Of a stretch of DNA of 64,000 nucleotides, positions 10,501-20,901 are shown in pieces. The stretch is from an uncultured Fidelibacterota bacterium (GTDB lineage: Bacteria; Fidelibacterota; Marinisomatia; Marinisomatales; Marinisomataceae): positions 50,813-114,812 of the forward strand of contig CABZHT010000001.1 of assembly GCA_902525615.1 (NCBI GenBank). Direction: 5' to 3'. Both the position numbers and the translations under genes were made by a program. The first letter of the stretch is position 1. Every line of letters starts with the position of its first letter. Below the pieces are notes generated by a model that ran no database searches, had not been told where the DNA came from, and saw nothing but the letters and a program-made list of their open reading frames with translations.

Positions 10501-11754
10501 TTATATTTCTCTCCTCTTAACAAACCAAAGGTCTGCAACAGAAATTCCAATTGAAAAATTTTGCAATAATTCATTATCAACATTTAAAATATTTTTTCTT
10601 TTGGATACATTATATCCAAAATCTATTTGATTGCCTGTAATTCCAAAATTTAATCCAAACCCTATACCTAAACCAATTTCACTAACTTTTTTAAAATTTT
10701 CAACATTGAAATTTTGATAATTGATAGAAGTTCTGAAATTGATTCTGTCTCTTGAAAGCGGTTTTGCAAATTTAGCATAAGATATGCTATATTTTTGCAT
10801 TCCAGAAATAAAAGTTGAATATAGTGAGCTATTTAGCGTATGGTTTCCAGAATCTACAAAGTTTTTATATTCAAACTGAAGATGTTTCCTTTTTGAAAAT
10901 TCATAATCAATTCCAAATTTAAAGTCTGAAATTATTATTTCATTATCATATAATATAGTTTCTGGAGCTAATGATTGAGAAACAATAGGATAATCATTGT
11001 TATCGTGAGAATTATTATTATTCAAATCAAGGAATACTTGATATGCACTACTTTCAACATCTATATCATTCAATGACATACCGTAACTAAGAAATAAATC
11101 TATCTTATTTTTTTTATTAAACCTGGAAGATAAGAGGTAAAACTCAATCAAAGATCCTGAAAAAAAATCTCTTGACTGAACTAAATAATTCTCATTATCA
11201 AAATTTATTTTTTTTGTTAACCTAGATGAGCCAAAAATATATCCCAAACTAAATCCTATGCTTTCAAAATTATTTAATTTATTTCCATAGGAAAATTTTG
11301 CAATTGACGGACCGCCGGATGATGTATTAGTTCTTTGATAATTTATTTCTTTATCGCTAACATTTATAGTTGTTGCAGTTGAGTCGTTGAGTACAATTTC
11401 CCTATCCAAAAAAGGTTCTAAAGCAATTCCAAATGAAATTTCATTCTTCCATGGTATTATCAACTTTGCAGATAATAAAGAAAAATTGGTACTAGAAAAT
11501 TTATCATAATTGCTTTGTTGTACATTGGCAGAGGTGTTCAAATGAACGAATGCTAGATTATGCCAAGAAGAAGGATTTGATAAAGAAACATCATTTTTGA
11601 AAGATGGTAACAACGAGTTTGAAAGAGCCAATGAAGAGGGGGAATTTTGAAGCTTGCTTGAACCATACCCATAACCACTCATCAAATTTTGAGAAAACGA
11701 AATAGTAGATAAAAGAATAATTAAAAAACTACGGATTAACATAAAACACCTCAA
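10501..11754 (-). CDS. Putative outer-membrane beta-barrel protein (FadL/PorV-like N-terminal motif, degenerate)
   Basis: 417 aa. Signal peptide ..ISFSQN. SGYGYGSS...NPSSW resembles the GxGxGG...NPAxW barrel motif. Alternating hydrophobic pattern. The alternative start at 11742 is equally possible. Confidence 0.45.
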   Translation of the reverse strand: MRCFMLIRSFLIILLSTISFSQNLMSGYGYGSSKLQNSPSSLALSNSLLPSFKNDVSLSNPSSWHNLAFVHLNTSANVQQSNYDKFSSTNFSLLSAKLIIPWKNEISFGIALEPFLDREIVLNDSTATTINVSDKEINYQRTNTSSGGPSIAKFSYGNKLNNFESIGFSLGYIFGSSRLTKKINFDNENYLVQSRDFFSGSLIEFYLLSSRFNKKNKIDLFLSYGMSLNDIDVESSAYQVFLDLNNNNSHDNNDYPIVSQSLAPETILYDNEIIISDFKFGIDYEFSKRKHLQFEYKNFVDSGNHTLNSSLYSTFISGMQKYSISYAKFAKPLSRDRINFRTSINYQNFNVENFKKVSEIGLGIGFGLNFGITGNQIDFGYNVSKRKNILNVDNELLQNFSIGISVADLWFVKRREI

Positions 11755-12949
11755 TGCTGTTGACGCTCAATCTTATTTTATCATAGGGAGAATTTGCTAT
11801 TGTTCCATAAATTAAAATTTCATCATTATTAAAAAAGTCGTTTTTATAACCCTGCAAAAAACTTCTCAAAGGAATTTTAATAATTCCATTATCAATATTA
11901 CCTGATGTGATAAAGTTCGGATCTACATAATACTTTTCAGAGTTTTCATTGTCATTCAAAAATGATGAGTAGTTCCAATTTGACACTGCATCTTGAATCG
12001 CACTAACTATAACAATGAAATCTTCATCATCAGCAAAATTTCTATCTTCTACATTCAATACAAGATTAGCGTCATAAATAATTTCATTATTACTTAGTTG
12101 CTTTAGTGCAGATAAGTCAAATTCAATAATTGATTTAAGACCAGAAACAGAACTTAAGGTTATTGAATTTTGATTAATGCTCGAAATTTCTTCAGGTTTA
12201 AAGATAGTGATATCAGAATTTGAAAAGAATGTTGCAAAAGTATCTAATACAACTTCTTCATTTTCGATTGTCTTAAACCAGACTTTCATTTTAGGAGTAT
12301 TGGAAGAGTTGTGACTTTCCAAAGTAAATAAGTCACTTAATCCTTCTTCTGTTTTCAGCATTAGAGTTAAGGATGGATAAACATTTGTATCAAAAAAATT
12401 ATCCAGAAGAAAATCTAAATCTTGATCTTTAAATAAAAAATTTAAAGAAGCAAATCCCGACTCCTCTGGTTCTATATTTTTCAAAGATATATTTTTAAGA
12501 AAAGTTGCATTTTCTTCATAATCAATATAATTACTTAAATTGTAATAATTAGTTGAATCTGAACTAAAAACATTATCTGAGTTATGATTTATAGAAAAAA
12601 GAGATAATGCATAATCTGAATCATAAGTATCTGTTGTTTGAAAAAAAATTAATGCACTGTCAACAACAACAGATTCATTCAACATATCAGTTACGCTTAA
12701 TGGAGGAAGGAATCCAGAAAATGAATTTAACTTTATCAAAGAATAGAGATTTTCTGTTCCTTTCTCAACTCCAAAATAAAGTTTAGATAAAGATCCTAGA
12801 CTAGGTAAATCTTGAAAAGTCTTAATATTGCTTACGTTATAAATTGATGATTTTACAGGAGCATCAGAATCATTTAATTTTGAATAATTAATTGTTTTTT
12901 CATTGCAAGCAGCTAATAAAAAGATTAATGAAAAAATAGTTGCTTTCAT
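11729..12949 (-). CDS. Hypothetical lipoprotein
   Basis: The ORF track gives 11729..13003. The likely start is the ATG at 12949, giving MKATIFSLIFLLAAC with lipobox LAAC. No recognisable catalytic motif. Confidence 0.5.
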   Translation of the reverse strand: MKATIFSLIFLLAACNEKTINYSKLNDSDAPVKSSIYNVSNIKTFQDLPSLGSLSKLYFGVEKGTENLYSLIKLNSFSGFLPPLSVTDMLNESVVVDSALIFFQTTDTYDSDYALSLFSINHNSDNVFSSDSTNYYNLSNYIDYEENATFLKNISLKNIEPEESGFASLNFLFKDQDLDFLLDNFFDTNVYPSLTLMLKTEEGLSDLFTLESHNSSNTPKMKVWFKTIENEEVVLDTFATFFSNSDITIFKPEEISSINQNSITLSSVSGLKSIIEFDLSALKQLSNNEIIYDANLVLNVEDRNFADDEDFIVIVSAIQDAVSNWNYSSFLNDNENSEKYYVDPNFITSGNIDNGIIKIPLRSFLQGYKNDFFNNDEILIYGTIANSPYDKIRLSVNSIEVFYVNP

Positions 12950-12971
12950 TAAAAAGCTTGAAAAAAAATAA

Positions 12972-13775
12972 TTAAATACTTTTAATAGCATCTTCAATTT
13001 CATTTAAAAGTGTTAAATAGTTCTTATCGCTATCATCTAAAGAGATGCTTGTGCAAGTTTTTGAATTTTTAAAAATTTTTGTTTTCATAAGATGACCGGA
13101 AATATTATTTTCATTATTAATTATAATTGTTTTATTAGCAAACATACAGCCTAGCTGATTTAAATTATATGCATCTATATCATCAAGAGTTTCATCATTA
13201 ATAAAAAAATTTTTGTAGTCAAAAACCAAATCCTTATTAATCGAATCAGTTAAAAATATAGTTTTTATTTTTGAAAGATTTTTATCAACCAAGGATAATT
13301 TTTTGATAAGATATGGTACAAGCGCTGAAGTCCAGCCATTACAAATTATAATGTCAGGATACCAAAACAAATTTGGAAGCATTTTAATTGCTGCAAGAGA
13401 ATAAAATGAGAATCTAACATCGTTATCAACAAGATATCTTCCATTCTTAGATTTAAATAGCAAATTGTTTAAATCCCCAAATTTGTCTTCATTTTCCAGA
13501 AAATAAACCTGTAGACGTGAATTGGGCAAAAATGCACTTTTTGCAGAGCAATCAAAATCTTTATCTTCAAACGAAAATAAAATCTGTTTTAGCCTAATAA
13601 CTTCTCTGAGAATGTATTTTCTTTCACTAATAAAACCATATTTAGGCATTAGACATCTGACATCATTGCCTTTATTTTGTAAATTAAGAGGTATATCTAC
13701 GGAAATTTTACCCTGAAAAGAGACAGAAGCAAAAGGATTCATTTCACTATTTATATAAAAGATTTTTTTCTTCAT
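12972..13775 (-). CDS. Truncated glycogen-synthase-like protein (N-terminal Glyco_transf_5-like half only)
   Basis: 267 aa. The N-terminus MKKKIFYINSEMNPFASVSFQGKISVDIPLNLQNKGNDVRCLMPKYG parallels GlgA (..SEVAPFAKTGGLADV...VMPRYG). The KTGGL motif and the whole C-terminal GT-B half are absent. Confidence 0.5.
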   Translation of the reverse strand: MKKKIFYINSEMNPFASVSFQGKISVDIPLNLQNKGNDVRCLMPKYGFISERKYILREVIRLKQILFSFEDKDFDCSAKSAFLPNSRLQVYFLENEDKFGDLNNLLFKSKNGRYLVDNDVRFSFYSLAAIKMLPNLFWYPDIIICNGWTSALVPYLIKKLSLVDKNLSKIKTIFLTDSINKDLVFDYKNFFINDETLDDIDAYNLNQLGCMFANKTIIINNENNISGHLMKTKIFKNSKTCTSISLDDSDKNYLTLLNEIEDAIKSI

Positions 13776-13831
13776 GATTGCGAGCCTGACAAGTTAAATA
13801 AACACATCCAAAACTTCAACTTTGAAAATAT

Positions 13832-15052
13832 TTAGTTTCTAGAAAAAATATTTATTAAGGAAAGCATAATGAAACACAATAACATAAATGAGCCACCAGC
13901 AGATACGAATGGCGTGGGAAGTCCTTTAACTGGCATCAAACCTATTGTCATTGCAGAATTGATAAAAATATGTGAAAAAAGAATTGACGATAATCCTATG
14001 ATAACAATTGAAGAAAAATAATCAGTTGATTTAAATGCAATATCAAGCAATGTTTTTATAAGCATAAAAAATAAGAACATAATAACACTTATACCAAAAA
14101 AACCAAACTCTTCCGCAATTACAGATAGAATAAAATCAGATTCTTGTACTGGTAAAAATTTTAACTGTGTTTGAGAACCTTGACCCCAACCTTTTCCAAA
14201 TAATCCTCCTGAACCAATTGCAGTCATACTTTGAATAATATGATATGAAGAACCCATTGGATCTAAATCAGGATTTAAAAAATCAATGAATCTTTGTCTT
14301 TGATAGCCATTTAAAAAATCATTCCAAAAAAAAGGGAATAATAGGCCAGTAAAGATATTTGCAAAATATATCAAAACTCTCTTCAAGAAACTTCCTTGAA
14401 AAAATAGAAAAATAATAAACATTAAAACTCCCCAAATGTTGAAAATCAAATTATTTGAAGCAGCTATAATGGTAATCACAGGAGTAATCAAAAGAAAGAT
14501 AGTAAAACCATTAACGCCTGCCCAAAGCATCATCGGCAATACAGGAGCAAAAATAATCACTGCTGTTCCCAAGTCTGGCTGATTTAAAACCAAAAATGAT
14601 GATAAAAAGGCAATTAAAATTGGGATAAAAACTATATATCCTTCTTTAACTTCGAGCTGATGATTGGATAAATATTTAGCTATTAAAATGATTGTAGCGC
14701 ACTTTAAATATTCTCCAGGCTGAATATAAAAGAACCCAAGGTCTATCCATCTATATGTATTTTCTACAGGCGGCAAAAAGAATGGTATAAGACATAGCAA
14801 AAATGAAAAAATATAAATTAACGTTGAATTATCATGAATAGTTTTAACGTTGATATTACTAAGAATGAAAAAAACTAATAATGAAAAAATTATAAAAATA
14901 ATTTGTCTAATAAATGAACTATTTATTGATAACGGATCATTAGAGATACTGTAAAGAGTGATTAATCCAAAAGTGGTTAATGATGATACAATTAAATACA
15001 ATCTACTAATGTACTCATTTGATCTAAAAAAATAATTATTTAAAATACTCAT
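13832..15052 (-). CDS. rodA: Rod-shape determining SEDS protein RodA
   Basis: 406 aa polytopic FtsW/RodA/SpoVE family protein. 4-nt overlap with mrdA, in mre-mrd context. Confidence 0.9.
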   Translation of the reverse strand: MSILNNYFFRSNEYISRLYLIVSSLTTFGLITLYSISNDPLSINSSFIRQIIFIIFSLLVFFILSNINVKTIHDNSTLIYIFSFLLCLIPFFLPPVENTYRWIDLGFFYIQPGEYLKCATIILIAKYLSNHQLEVKEGYIVFIPILIAFLSSFLVLNQPDLGTAVIIFAPVLPMMLWAGVNGFTIFLLITPVITIIAASNNLIFNIWGVLMFIIFLFFQGSFLKRVLIYFANIFTGLLFPFFWNDFLNGYQRQRFIDFLNPDLDPMGSSYHIIQSMTAIGSGGLFGKGWGQGSQTQLKFLPVQESDFILSVIAEEFGFFGISVIMFLFFMLIKTLLDIAFKSTDYFSSIVIIGLSSILFSHIFINSAMTIGLMPVKGLPTPFVSAGGSFMLLCFIMLSLINIFSRN

Positions 15053-16815
15053 TTTTCTACAATTTCAACTTGATTATCTGTGAAAAATTTTACAATCTTG
15101 CCAGCAATTGGCGCTGCTATCGCACCTCCTCCGCCACCATTTTCAACTAAAACAACTAATGAATATTTTTGACCTTCAAAATCAAAAAATCCATTAAACC
15201 ATGCATGAGGTTCGCCATGAGGATTCTCAGCAGTGCTTGTTTTTCCATATAATTTTATATCTGATTGCTTAGCTCGCCATCCACTTCCCGATTGAGTATT
15301 AACAACGTCATATAGCCCTTTAAAAATCCTATCCCACGACTGCTTAGAAAGATCTATCTCATTGTAATATTCAATCTCTTTACCAGCATTCAATTTAAGT
15401 TTAGGTGTTTTTCCTTTTGATGCAATATGGTTTATATATCTTAATGATTGAAGCGGAGTTACTAAAATGTCTCCCTGACCAAGTGTAAGATTTAAAAGTA
15501 CTCCTCGTTCTGACCATCCCCATCTTCCATATGTATTTATAAAAAATTCCTTATCTGGAATTTGACCTATTAGTTCGTTTGGAAGGTCAATATCAGTTTT
15601 TTCATGAAAACCAAATAATTTGGCTGTTTTTGTCCAATCAGATAATTTGATTAGCTGAACTGTTTCATAAAAATAAACATTACATGATTGTGCAATTGCC
15701 TTATTTAAGTCTACTAATCCATGTCCATCTTCTTTCCAACATTTAAAAGTTTTAGAACTTCCTGGCGGTGAGTAATATCCTGTACACATCAAACTATCTT
15801 CAGGGTCTAATAATCCATCCTCAATCAAATTAAAAGCAGTAATAATTTTAAAAGATGAGCCTGGTGGATATAACCCAGCTATATTTCTATTTAAGATAGG
15901 CTTATTCTCGTCTGAAAGTAGTTTATTCCAAGAAGAATCGGTTGTCTCTCCTCTATAGATATCTAAGCTATAAGATGGATTGCTTACCATTGATAAGATA
16001 TCTCCAGTATTAACATTAGAGATTAAAATAACTCCTTTTTTATCAATTAAAAGGTTTTTAGAAAACTGCTGCAATTTTGAATCAATTGACAAAATTAAAT
16101 TTTTACCAGGATAAGCAGGGATATTATTTTCATTAATATTATTAATTTCTCTTCCATAAGTATCAACCTCAATATATTCAATTCCTTTTGAATATCTTAA
16201 TTCACTTTCATATTGCTTCTCCAATCCTTGCCATCCAATAAGCTCCCCAGCCCTATAAAGCTTGGATTTATCTAAAAATGAAAGTGATTCACGATCTAAT
16301 TCTCTTAAATATCCAAGAAAATGTGCATCTTTGAGTACGTCGCTATACAACCTTTCATCAAACCTTTTATATTGAAATCCAGAAAGCTCTAAACGCCTTT
16401 CTTCAATTTGAGATATCTCAGCAAAAGTAAGATTTTTTGCAATTATAGTAGGTAAAAATCTACCTTGATTATATTTTTTATATCTTCTTAAAAGTTCATC
16501 AATTGGTGTTTCGACTATTTCCGAGATAATTTGAAGCTGCTTATTTATATCTTTAAGCTTATATGGTGTGACAGTCAAGATATATGTAGGATAATTTTCA
16601 ACTAATACAACTCCGTTCCTATCTAAAATGAGTCCTCTAGGTGCATATGTATCCTGAGCTCTTATGCTATTGACTTTTGACTTAGATGAGTATCTTTCAT
16701 ATTCAATCACTTGCAAATAAAAATATCTTGATAGAAGAGTTAATATAGAAAAAATTAAAACGAATAGTAGCGTTCTATAATGAAAGATATCTGCTTTATT
16801 TTCAATTTTAAGCAT
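15049..16815 (-). CDS. mrdA: Penicillin-binding protein 2 (elongasome transpeptidase)
   Basis: 588 aa. N-terminal TM and PBP dimerisation region. Transpeptidase SxxK (GSSFK) and a KTS/KTG-type motif (GKTSTAE). Confidence 0.9.
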   Translation of the reverse strand: MLKIENKADIFHYRTLLFVLIFSILTLLSRYFYLQVIEYERYSSKSKVNSIRAQDTYAPRGLILDRNGVVLVENYPTYILTVTPYKLKDINKQLQIISEIVETPIDELLRRYKKYNQGRFLPTIIAKNLTFAEISQIEERRLELSGFQYKRFDERLYSDVLKDAHFLGYLRELDRESLSFLDKSKLYRAGELIGWQGLEKQYESELRYSKGIEYIEVDTYGREINNINENNIPAYPGKNLILSIDSKLQQFSKNLLIDKKGVILISNVNTGDILSMVSNPSYSLDIYRGETTDSSWNKLLSDENKPILNRNIAGLYPPGSSFKIITAFNLIEDGLLDPEDSLMCTGYYSPPGSSKTFKCWKEDGHGLVDLNKAIAQSCNVYFYETVQLIKLSDWTKTAKLFGFHEKTDIDLPNELIGQIPDKEFFINTYGRWGWSERGVLLNLTLGQGDILVTPLQSLRYINHIASKGKTPKLKLNAGKEIEYYNEIDLSKQSWDRIFKGLYDVVNTQSGSGWRAKQSDIKLYGKTSTAENPHGEPHAWFNGFFDFEGQKYSLVVLVENGGGGGAIAAPIAGKIVKFFTDNQVEIVEK

Positions 16816-17284
16816 TGAGTATTTTATCCTTTAAAGAGAAAAGGGTAATTAAAATAAAACCAATAAAGCACGTGAAATATGTTACAAAAAACCAGTTACT
16901 CAAGAATAAAAAGAAATCATTATAAAAGAAAAAGTCATACCTAAATAATGAATAAATAAATACACCTAGATGTACAAAAGAAATCCAATATATATCAAAA
17001 TTTCTAAATGCAAAATTAAAACTTATTTTTGAAGCCCAAAATCCACAAATTGAAAACACCAAACTTGATGCGCCAATATAAATTCCGCTAAATAATATAA
17101 AATCTGTAAATAAACCAACTAAAAATCCATAAAAAGTAGATTGAGATGTATTGTCTAATGGCATTGAACCAAGAATTACATATAGCAACATAATATTCGC
17201 TTGATAACCATTGAAAGTTAATAATTCAGAAAATATCAATTGAAGAAAAACAGCTACTGGAAAATATTTAATATAAAAACTCAC
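16808..17284 (-). CDS. mreD: Rod shape-determining protein MreD
   Basis: 158 aa small polytopic membrane protein between mreC and mrdA. Confidence 0.7.
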   Translation of the reverse strand: MSFYIKYFPVAVFLQLIFSELLTFNGYQANIMLLYVILGSMPLDNTSQSTFYGFLVGLFTDFILFSGIYIGASSLVFSICGFWASKISFNFAFRNFDIYWISFVHLGVFIYSLFRYDFFFYNDFFLFLSNWFFVTYFTCFIGFILITLFSLKDKILNA

Positions 17285-18075
17285 TTTTCATCCTTCGTAA
17301 ACAAAACAAATAATTGATTTATTGTTGATAGATCGGAGAAAAGCTTAATCTTAACTATTCTATTAGAACTATTAGACTTTTCAAAAATACTTATTACTTC
17401 ACCAACCGGAAGATTTGGTGGAAAATAAATACTTAAACTGGAAGTTAGTACTATATCGCCAATTTCAATATCAGATATCTTTTTAAGCTCGGCAATTTCA
17501 CAAACATCTTCCGAAATCCATCTTAAAATACCTTCAACTTCGTCTGGTACTATTTTTACGCTAAGTCTGAAATTTACATCACTAATAAGTTGAACTTCGG
17601 AAGAATTTTCAGATACTGATGTTATTTTACCAACAACTCCTTTGGATGAAAGAACTGGAAAGTTTTTATTAACTCCATCTTTTAAACCTCTATTAATCAA
17701 CAGTGATGACATATTGCTTGAAAAACCTTTTGAAATCACATCAGCACCAATGAAATCTATGCTTTCTCTTCTTTTAAAGTTTAAAAACTCTCGATATCTA
17801 ATATTTTCAGCCTCATGAACCTTCAAAATTTGATTCTCAAGACTTAAACGTAAATTTTCAGAAGAAAGTACTTCTAATTTTTTATTTAAAAAAAGTTGGT
17901 TATCCAGCCAATTGAATGGTTGATATAAAAATGAGAATGTATTTAAGGAATTAATTTTTGCGTTTTTAATTGATTCAGAATCATTATTAAAAATAAAAAT
18001 TAAGGAAAGTATTATACATGCAGTTAAAGTAATTTTTTCTTGATAGGTTTTAAAAATTAATTGAAATCTAGACAT
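17281..18075 (-). CDS. mreC: Rod shape-determining protein MreC
   Basis: 264 aa. N-terminal TM, coiled coil (LSSENLRLSLENQILK) and beta-rich C-terminal domains (GVVGKITSV...). Confidence 0.85.
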   Translation of the reverse strand: MSRFQLIFKTYQEKITLTACIILSLIFIFNNDSESIKNAKINSLNTFSFLYQPFNWLDNQLFLNKKLEVLSSENLRLSLENQILKVHEAENIRYREFLNFKRRESIDFIGADVISKGFSSNMSSLLINRGLKDGVNKNFPVLSSKGVVGKITSVSENSSEVQLISDVNFRLSVKIVPDEVEGILRWISEDVCEIAELKKISDIEIGDIVLTSSLSIYFPPNLPVGEVISIFEKSNSSNRIVKIKLFSDLSTINQLFVLFTKDEK

Positions 18076-18077
18076 GC

Positions 18078-19118
18078 TTAAATAAGAACATGCTTATATT
18101 TTTCCAAGTCTTCAATAATTTTACCGCAGCCCTTGACTATTGCTAAATGTGGCTCTTCTACGACGTTGCATGGTACATTGGTTTTTTCCCTAATAACTTG
18201 ATCAAGGCCTCTTAATTGAGCGCCTCCACCAGCAACTAAAATTCCTCTATCAATGATATCAGAAGAAAGTTCAGGAGGAGTTGACTCCAGAGCATCTTTA
18301 ACTACCTCTAAAATTCTTTTTACTGAATCTTTTAAAGCCTGTCTTATTTCATCTGATCTAATATCAATTGTTTTAGGTATTCCAGAAACTAAATCTCTTC
18401 CTTTAACTAAAATATTTTTTGATCTCGATCTCATTGCAGAGCCAACAGAGATCTTAATTTGTTCAGCTGTTCTATCTCCGATTTCAAGCCTGTGATTATT
18501 TCTAAACCAATTCTGAATGTCATGATCCATAACATCACCAGCAACTTTGATGGCTTTCTTAGTCACGACTCCATTTAAAGATATGACTGCAACCTCAGTT
18601 GTTCCACCGCCAATATCTACAATTACATTGCCAATAGGTTTACTAATATCAAGCTCTATTCCTATTGCTGCCGCTACTGGCTCATCAACAAGAAATACTT
18701 CTCTTGCTGCTTGTTTTTCACCGGAATCTCGCACAGCCCTTCTTTCAACCTCGGTACAACCTGATGGTACGCAGATGACCATTCTAGGTCTAGTAATTCT
18801 GTTCAAATTTACTTTTCTAATAAAACCCTGTAACATTTCATCTACAGCTGTAAAATCAGATATTACTCCATCTCGTAATGGCCTAATAATTTCGATGCCT
18901 TCATGAGTCTTGCCCTGCATCAATTTAGCATCGTCGCCAACAGCAAGCAGTGCCTGAGTTTTGCTATTTCTAGCTATAATTGAAGGTTCATTTATAATTA
19001 TGCCTTTACCAGAAAGCCAGATTAAAGTATTAGCAGTACCGAGGTCTATAGCAATATCACCACTAACCCAGTTTAAATTGTTAGAAATTGAATTTTTAAT
19101 TGATTTTAGTAAACTCAT
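18078..19118 (-). CDS. mreB: Rod shape-determining actin homologue MreB
   Basis: 346 aa. Actin-fold motifs DLGTANT, VDIGGGTTEVAV, LVAGGGAQLRGL. Confidence 0.97.
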   Translation of the reverse strand: MSLLKSIKNSISNNLNWVSGDIAIDLGTANTLIWLSGKGIIINEPSIIARNSKTQALLAVGDDAKLMQGKTHEGIEIIRPLRDGVISDFTAVDEMLQGFIRKVNLNRITRPRMVICVPSGCTEVERRAVRDSGEKQAAREVFLVDEPVAAAIGIELDISKPIGNVIVDIGGGTTEVAVISLNGVVTKKAIKVAGDVMDHDIQNWFRNNHRLEIGDRTAEQIKISVGSAMRSRSKNILVKGRDLVSGIPKTIDIRSDEIRQALKDSVKRILEVVKDALESTPPELSSDIIDRGILVAGGGAQLRGLDQVIREKTNVPCNVVEEPHLAIVKGCGKIIEDLEKYKHVLI

Positions 19119-19160
19119 ATTCGATAATTTATGAAATATTTAATATTAAACATTAGTTTT

Positions 19161-19676
19161 TTATTTAGATAATCCTTGCTTACTTAAATCGTCTGCTTCG
19201 GCATTTTTATCTCTATAAACATGGCTTATACTCCATGAATTAAACTTTGAAAGGAATTCATGAGTTTTTTTATGCAAAGTAGCCATTCTATCATTCTTAA
19301 CCTTATAATCGCCATTAATTTGCTTTACAACTAACTCACTATCGACAAAAATTGATACTAAAGAAATATTATTTTTCAAACAAAGATCTAAGCCTTTAAT
19401 CAAAGCTAAATATTCTGCTTCATTATTTGTTTTTACACCAACATTTTCAGAGAATGAAAATATAGCTTGATCTTTAAGCTTAATTACACCTCCAATACCT
19501 GCATTAATTGGCTTATATTCATTATCAAATTCACAAGCACCGTCAGTAAACAATGAATATTTTTCAGAACCTAAATCGTTTGAAAGCAATGCATCTAAGC
19601 TTGATAAATCATCACTTGAAAAAGATGATTTGTATTTATCTAGTATTTTTGAAATTTTTTTATTTTTGCTATCCAT
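19161..19676 (-). CDS. RNase H (type 1) domain protein with ~45-aa N-terminal extension
   Basis: The ORF track gives 19161..19730. The likely start is the ATG at 19676 (MDSKNKK...), 4 nt after the upstream stop. DEDD-type residues lie in FTDGAC, NNEAEYLAL, VDSELVVKQ and AEADDLSKQ. Confidence 0.75.
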   Translation of the reverse strand: MDSKNKKISKILDKYKSSFSSDDLSSLDALLSNDLGSEKYSLFTDGACEFDNEYKPINAGIGGVIKLKDQAIFSFSENVGVKTNNEAEYLALIKGLDLCLKNNISLVSIFVDSELVVKQINGDYKVKNDRMATLHKKTHEFLSKFNSWSISHVYRDKNAEADDLSKQGLSK

Positions 19677-19680
19677 ATTT

Positions 19681-20901
19681 TTAATACATAAATGGTGTTC
19701 TAAGCCTGTAATCTCCAAAACCATAATCATCTACAAATCTAAATTCTTCATTGATTTGAAAATAATACCATGTCTCATAATTATAACTTTGTTCAGGATT
19801 CATTGACCTTGAAATATCATCAGGCCTTCCAAAAAGGATATAAATCATTCCCATATCAGATCTCCAGCCTCCTGAAGTACCTCTTGAAAAATTTTCTTCA
19901 GCAAAAGCAACTCTTTTGTAGTATTCAATCATTAATTCATTTTCTTTGGTAGTAACATCAGGATCCCTCTTTGCCCAAACTTTTTTAAAAAACTTTTCTT
20001 TATCTGAGCTCTTTAATTCCCTCAATTCTTTTCTTTCTTCTATATTTAATATATAGTTCATTTGTTCTAATGCTGTGTTTACATTTTTAATTGAAGAAAG
20101 CATTAAATAATCATTCTTAAACTCAATTGGAAAAGATTTGGATGAAATATTTCCATTTTGTGAAACTTGAATTTTTACTCTTAAATCTGATGTATCAATG
20201 TTCTCCATCGGAATCTGAAGAAATTTGTAGTCATAATTCATATTTGTTTCACCTTCAAAAGACTTATTCCAGACTGTTTTTTTATCTGAGACCAATGATA
20301 TTTCTAAAAAGTAATCTCCTTTATCTAAAGCAAAATATTGATAAAATTCTAATATATCATTTTTCAACTCGACTTTTTTTATACTAGTCGGATATTTATC
20401 AAGGCCGAACTCCCAACTTCCTTTTTTGTTCTTAACAAAAATTGGGTCAAAAATTTTAGTGAATTTTAATGATAGTAAATTTTTTTTTGTGAATTTTTTT
20501 TGTTTCTTTCCTGTAAGCTTTGTATCCAAATCTTTTAATAAAAAATTTACTTCAAACTCTTGTACTGGAATCTTAAAAGAAGTAGTAATTATTATGGGAT
20601 TAGCTCTTGAAACAGTTTGAGAAAAGTTGTCAACTACAATAGTTTCTGAAAAAGATTTTTCTTCAATCTTACTTCCATCTTCTGATATTAGAAAAATATT
20701 GAGATTATAAGAAGATTCAAAATTGGTGTCTTTCTTTAAAAATTGGAGATTTCTATTAAATATTTCAACAAAGGTAATTACTTCGATATTGTTATCCGAA
20801 GGTCTCAAAACTACATTAGTTTTGAAAGAGTTGATATTTGAATTAATTCCTTGAGCTACAACTTGAGCTGTAAAAAGAATTATCAAGATACTTTTTTTCA
20901 T
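19681..20901 (-). CDS. GWxTD domain-containing secreted protein
   Basis: 406 aa with signal peptide. C-terminal motif ...SGGWRSDMGMIYILFGRPDD (GWxTD-type, T to S). ATGA overlap with the upstream gene. Confidence 0.7.
   Translation of the reverse strand: MKKSILIILFTAQVVAQGINSNINSFKTNVVLRPSDNNIEVITFVEIFNRNLQFLKKDTNFESSYNLNIFLISEDGSKIEEKSFSETIVVDNFSQTVSRANPIIITTSFKIPVQEFEVNFLLKDLDTKLTGKKQKKFTKKNLLSLKFTKIFDPIFVKNKKGSWEFGLDKYPTSIKKVELKNDILEFYQYFALDKGDYFLEISLVSDKKTVWNKSFEGETNMNYDYKFLQIPMENIDTSDLRVKIQVSQNGNISSKSFPIEFKNDYLMLSSIKNVNTALEQMNYILNIEERKELRELKSSDKEKFFKKVWAKRDPDVTTKENELMIEYYKRVAFAEENFSRGTSGGWRSDMGMIYILFGRPDDISRSMNPEQSYNYETWYYFQINEEFRFVDDYGFGDYRLRTPFMY

Noticed and set aside
18253-18906. Two plus-strand ORFs (80 and 119 aa) inside mreB.
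   Set aside because: They are antisense shadows of a highly conserved gene. Their composition is low-complexity Ser/Ile/Thr-rich, with no motifs. MreB motifs unambiguously fix the coding strand.
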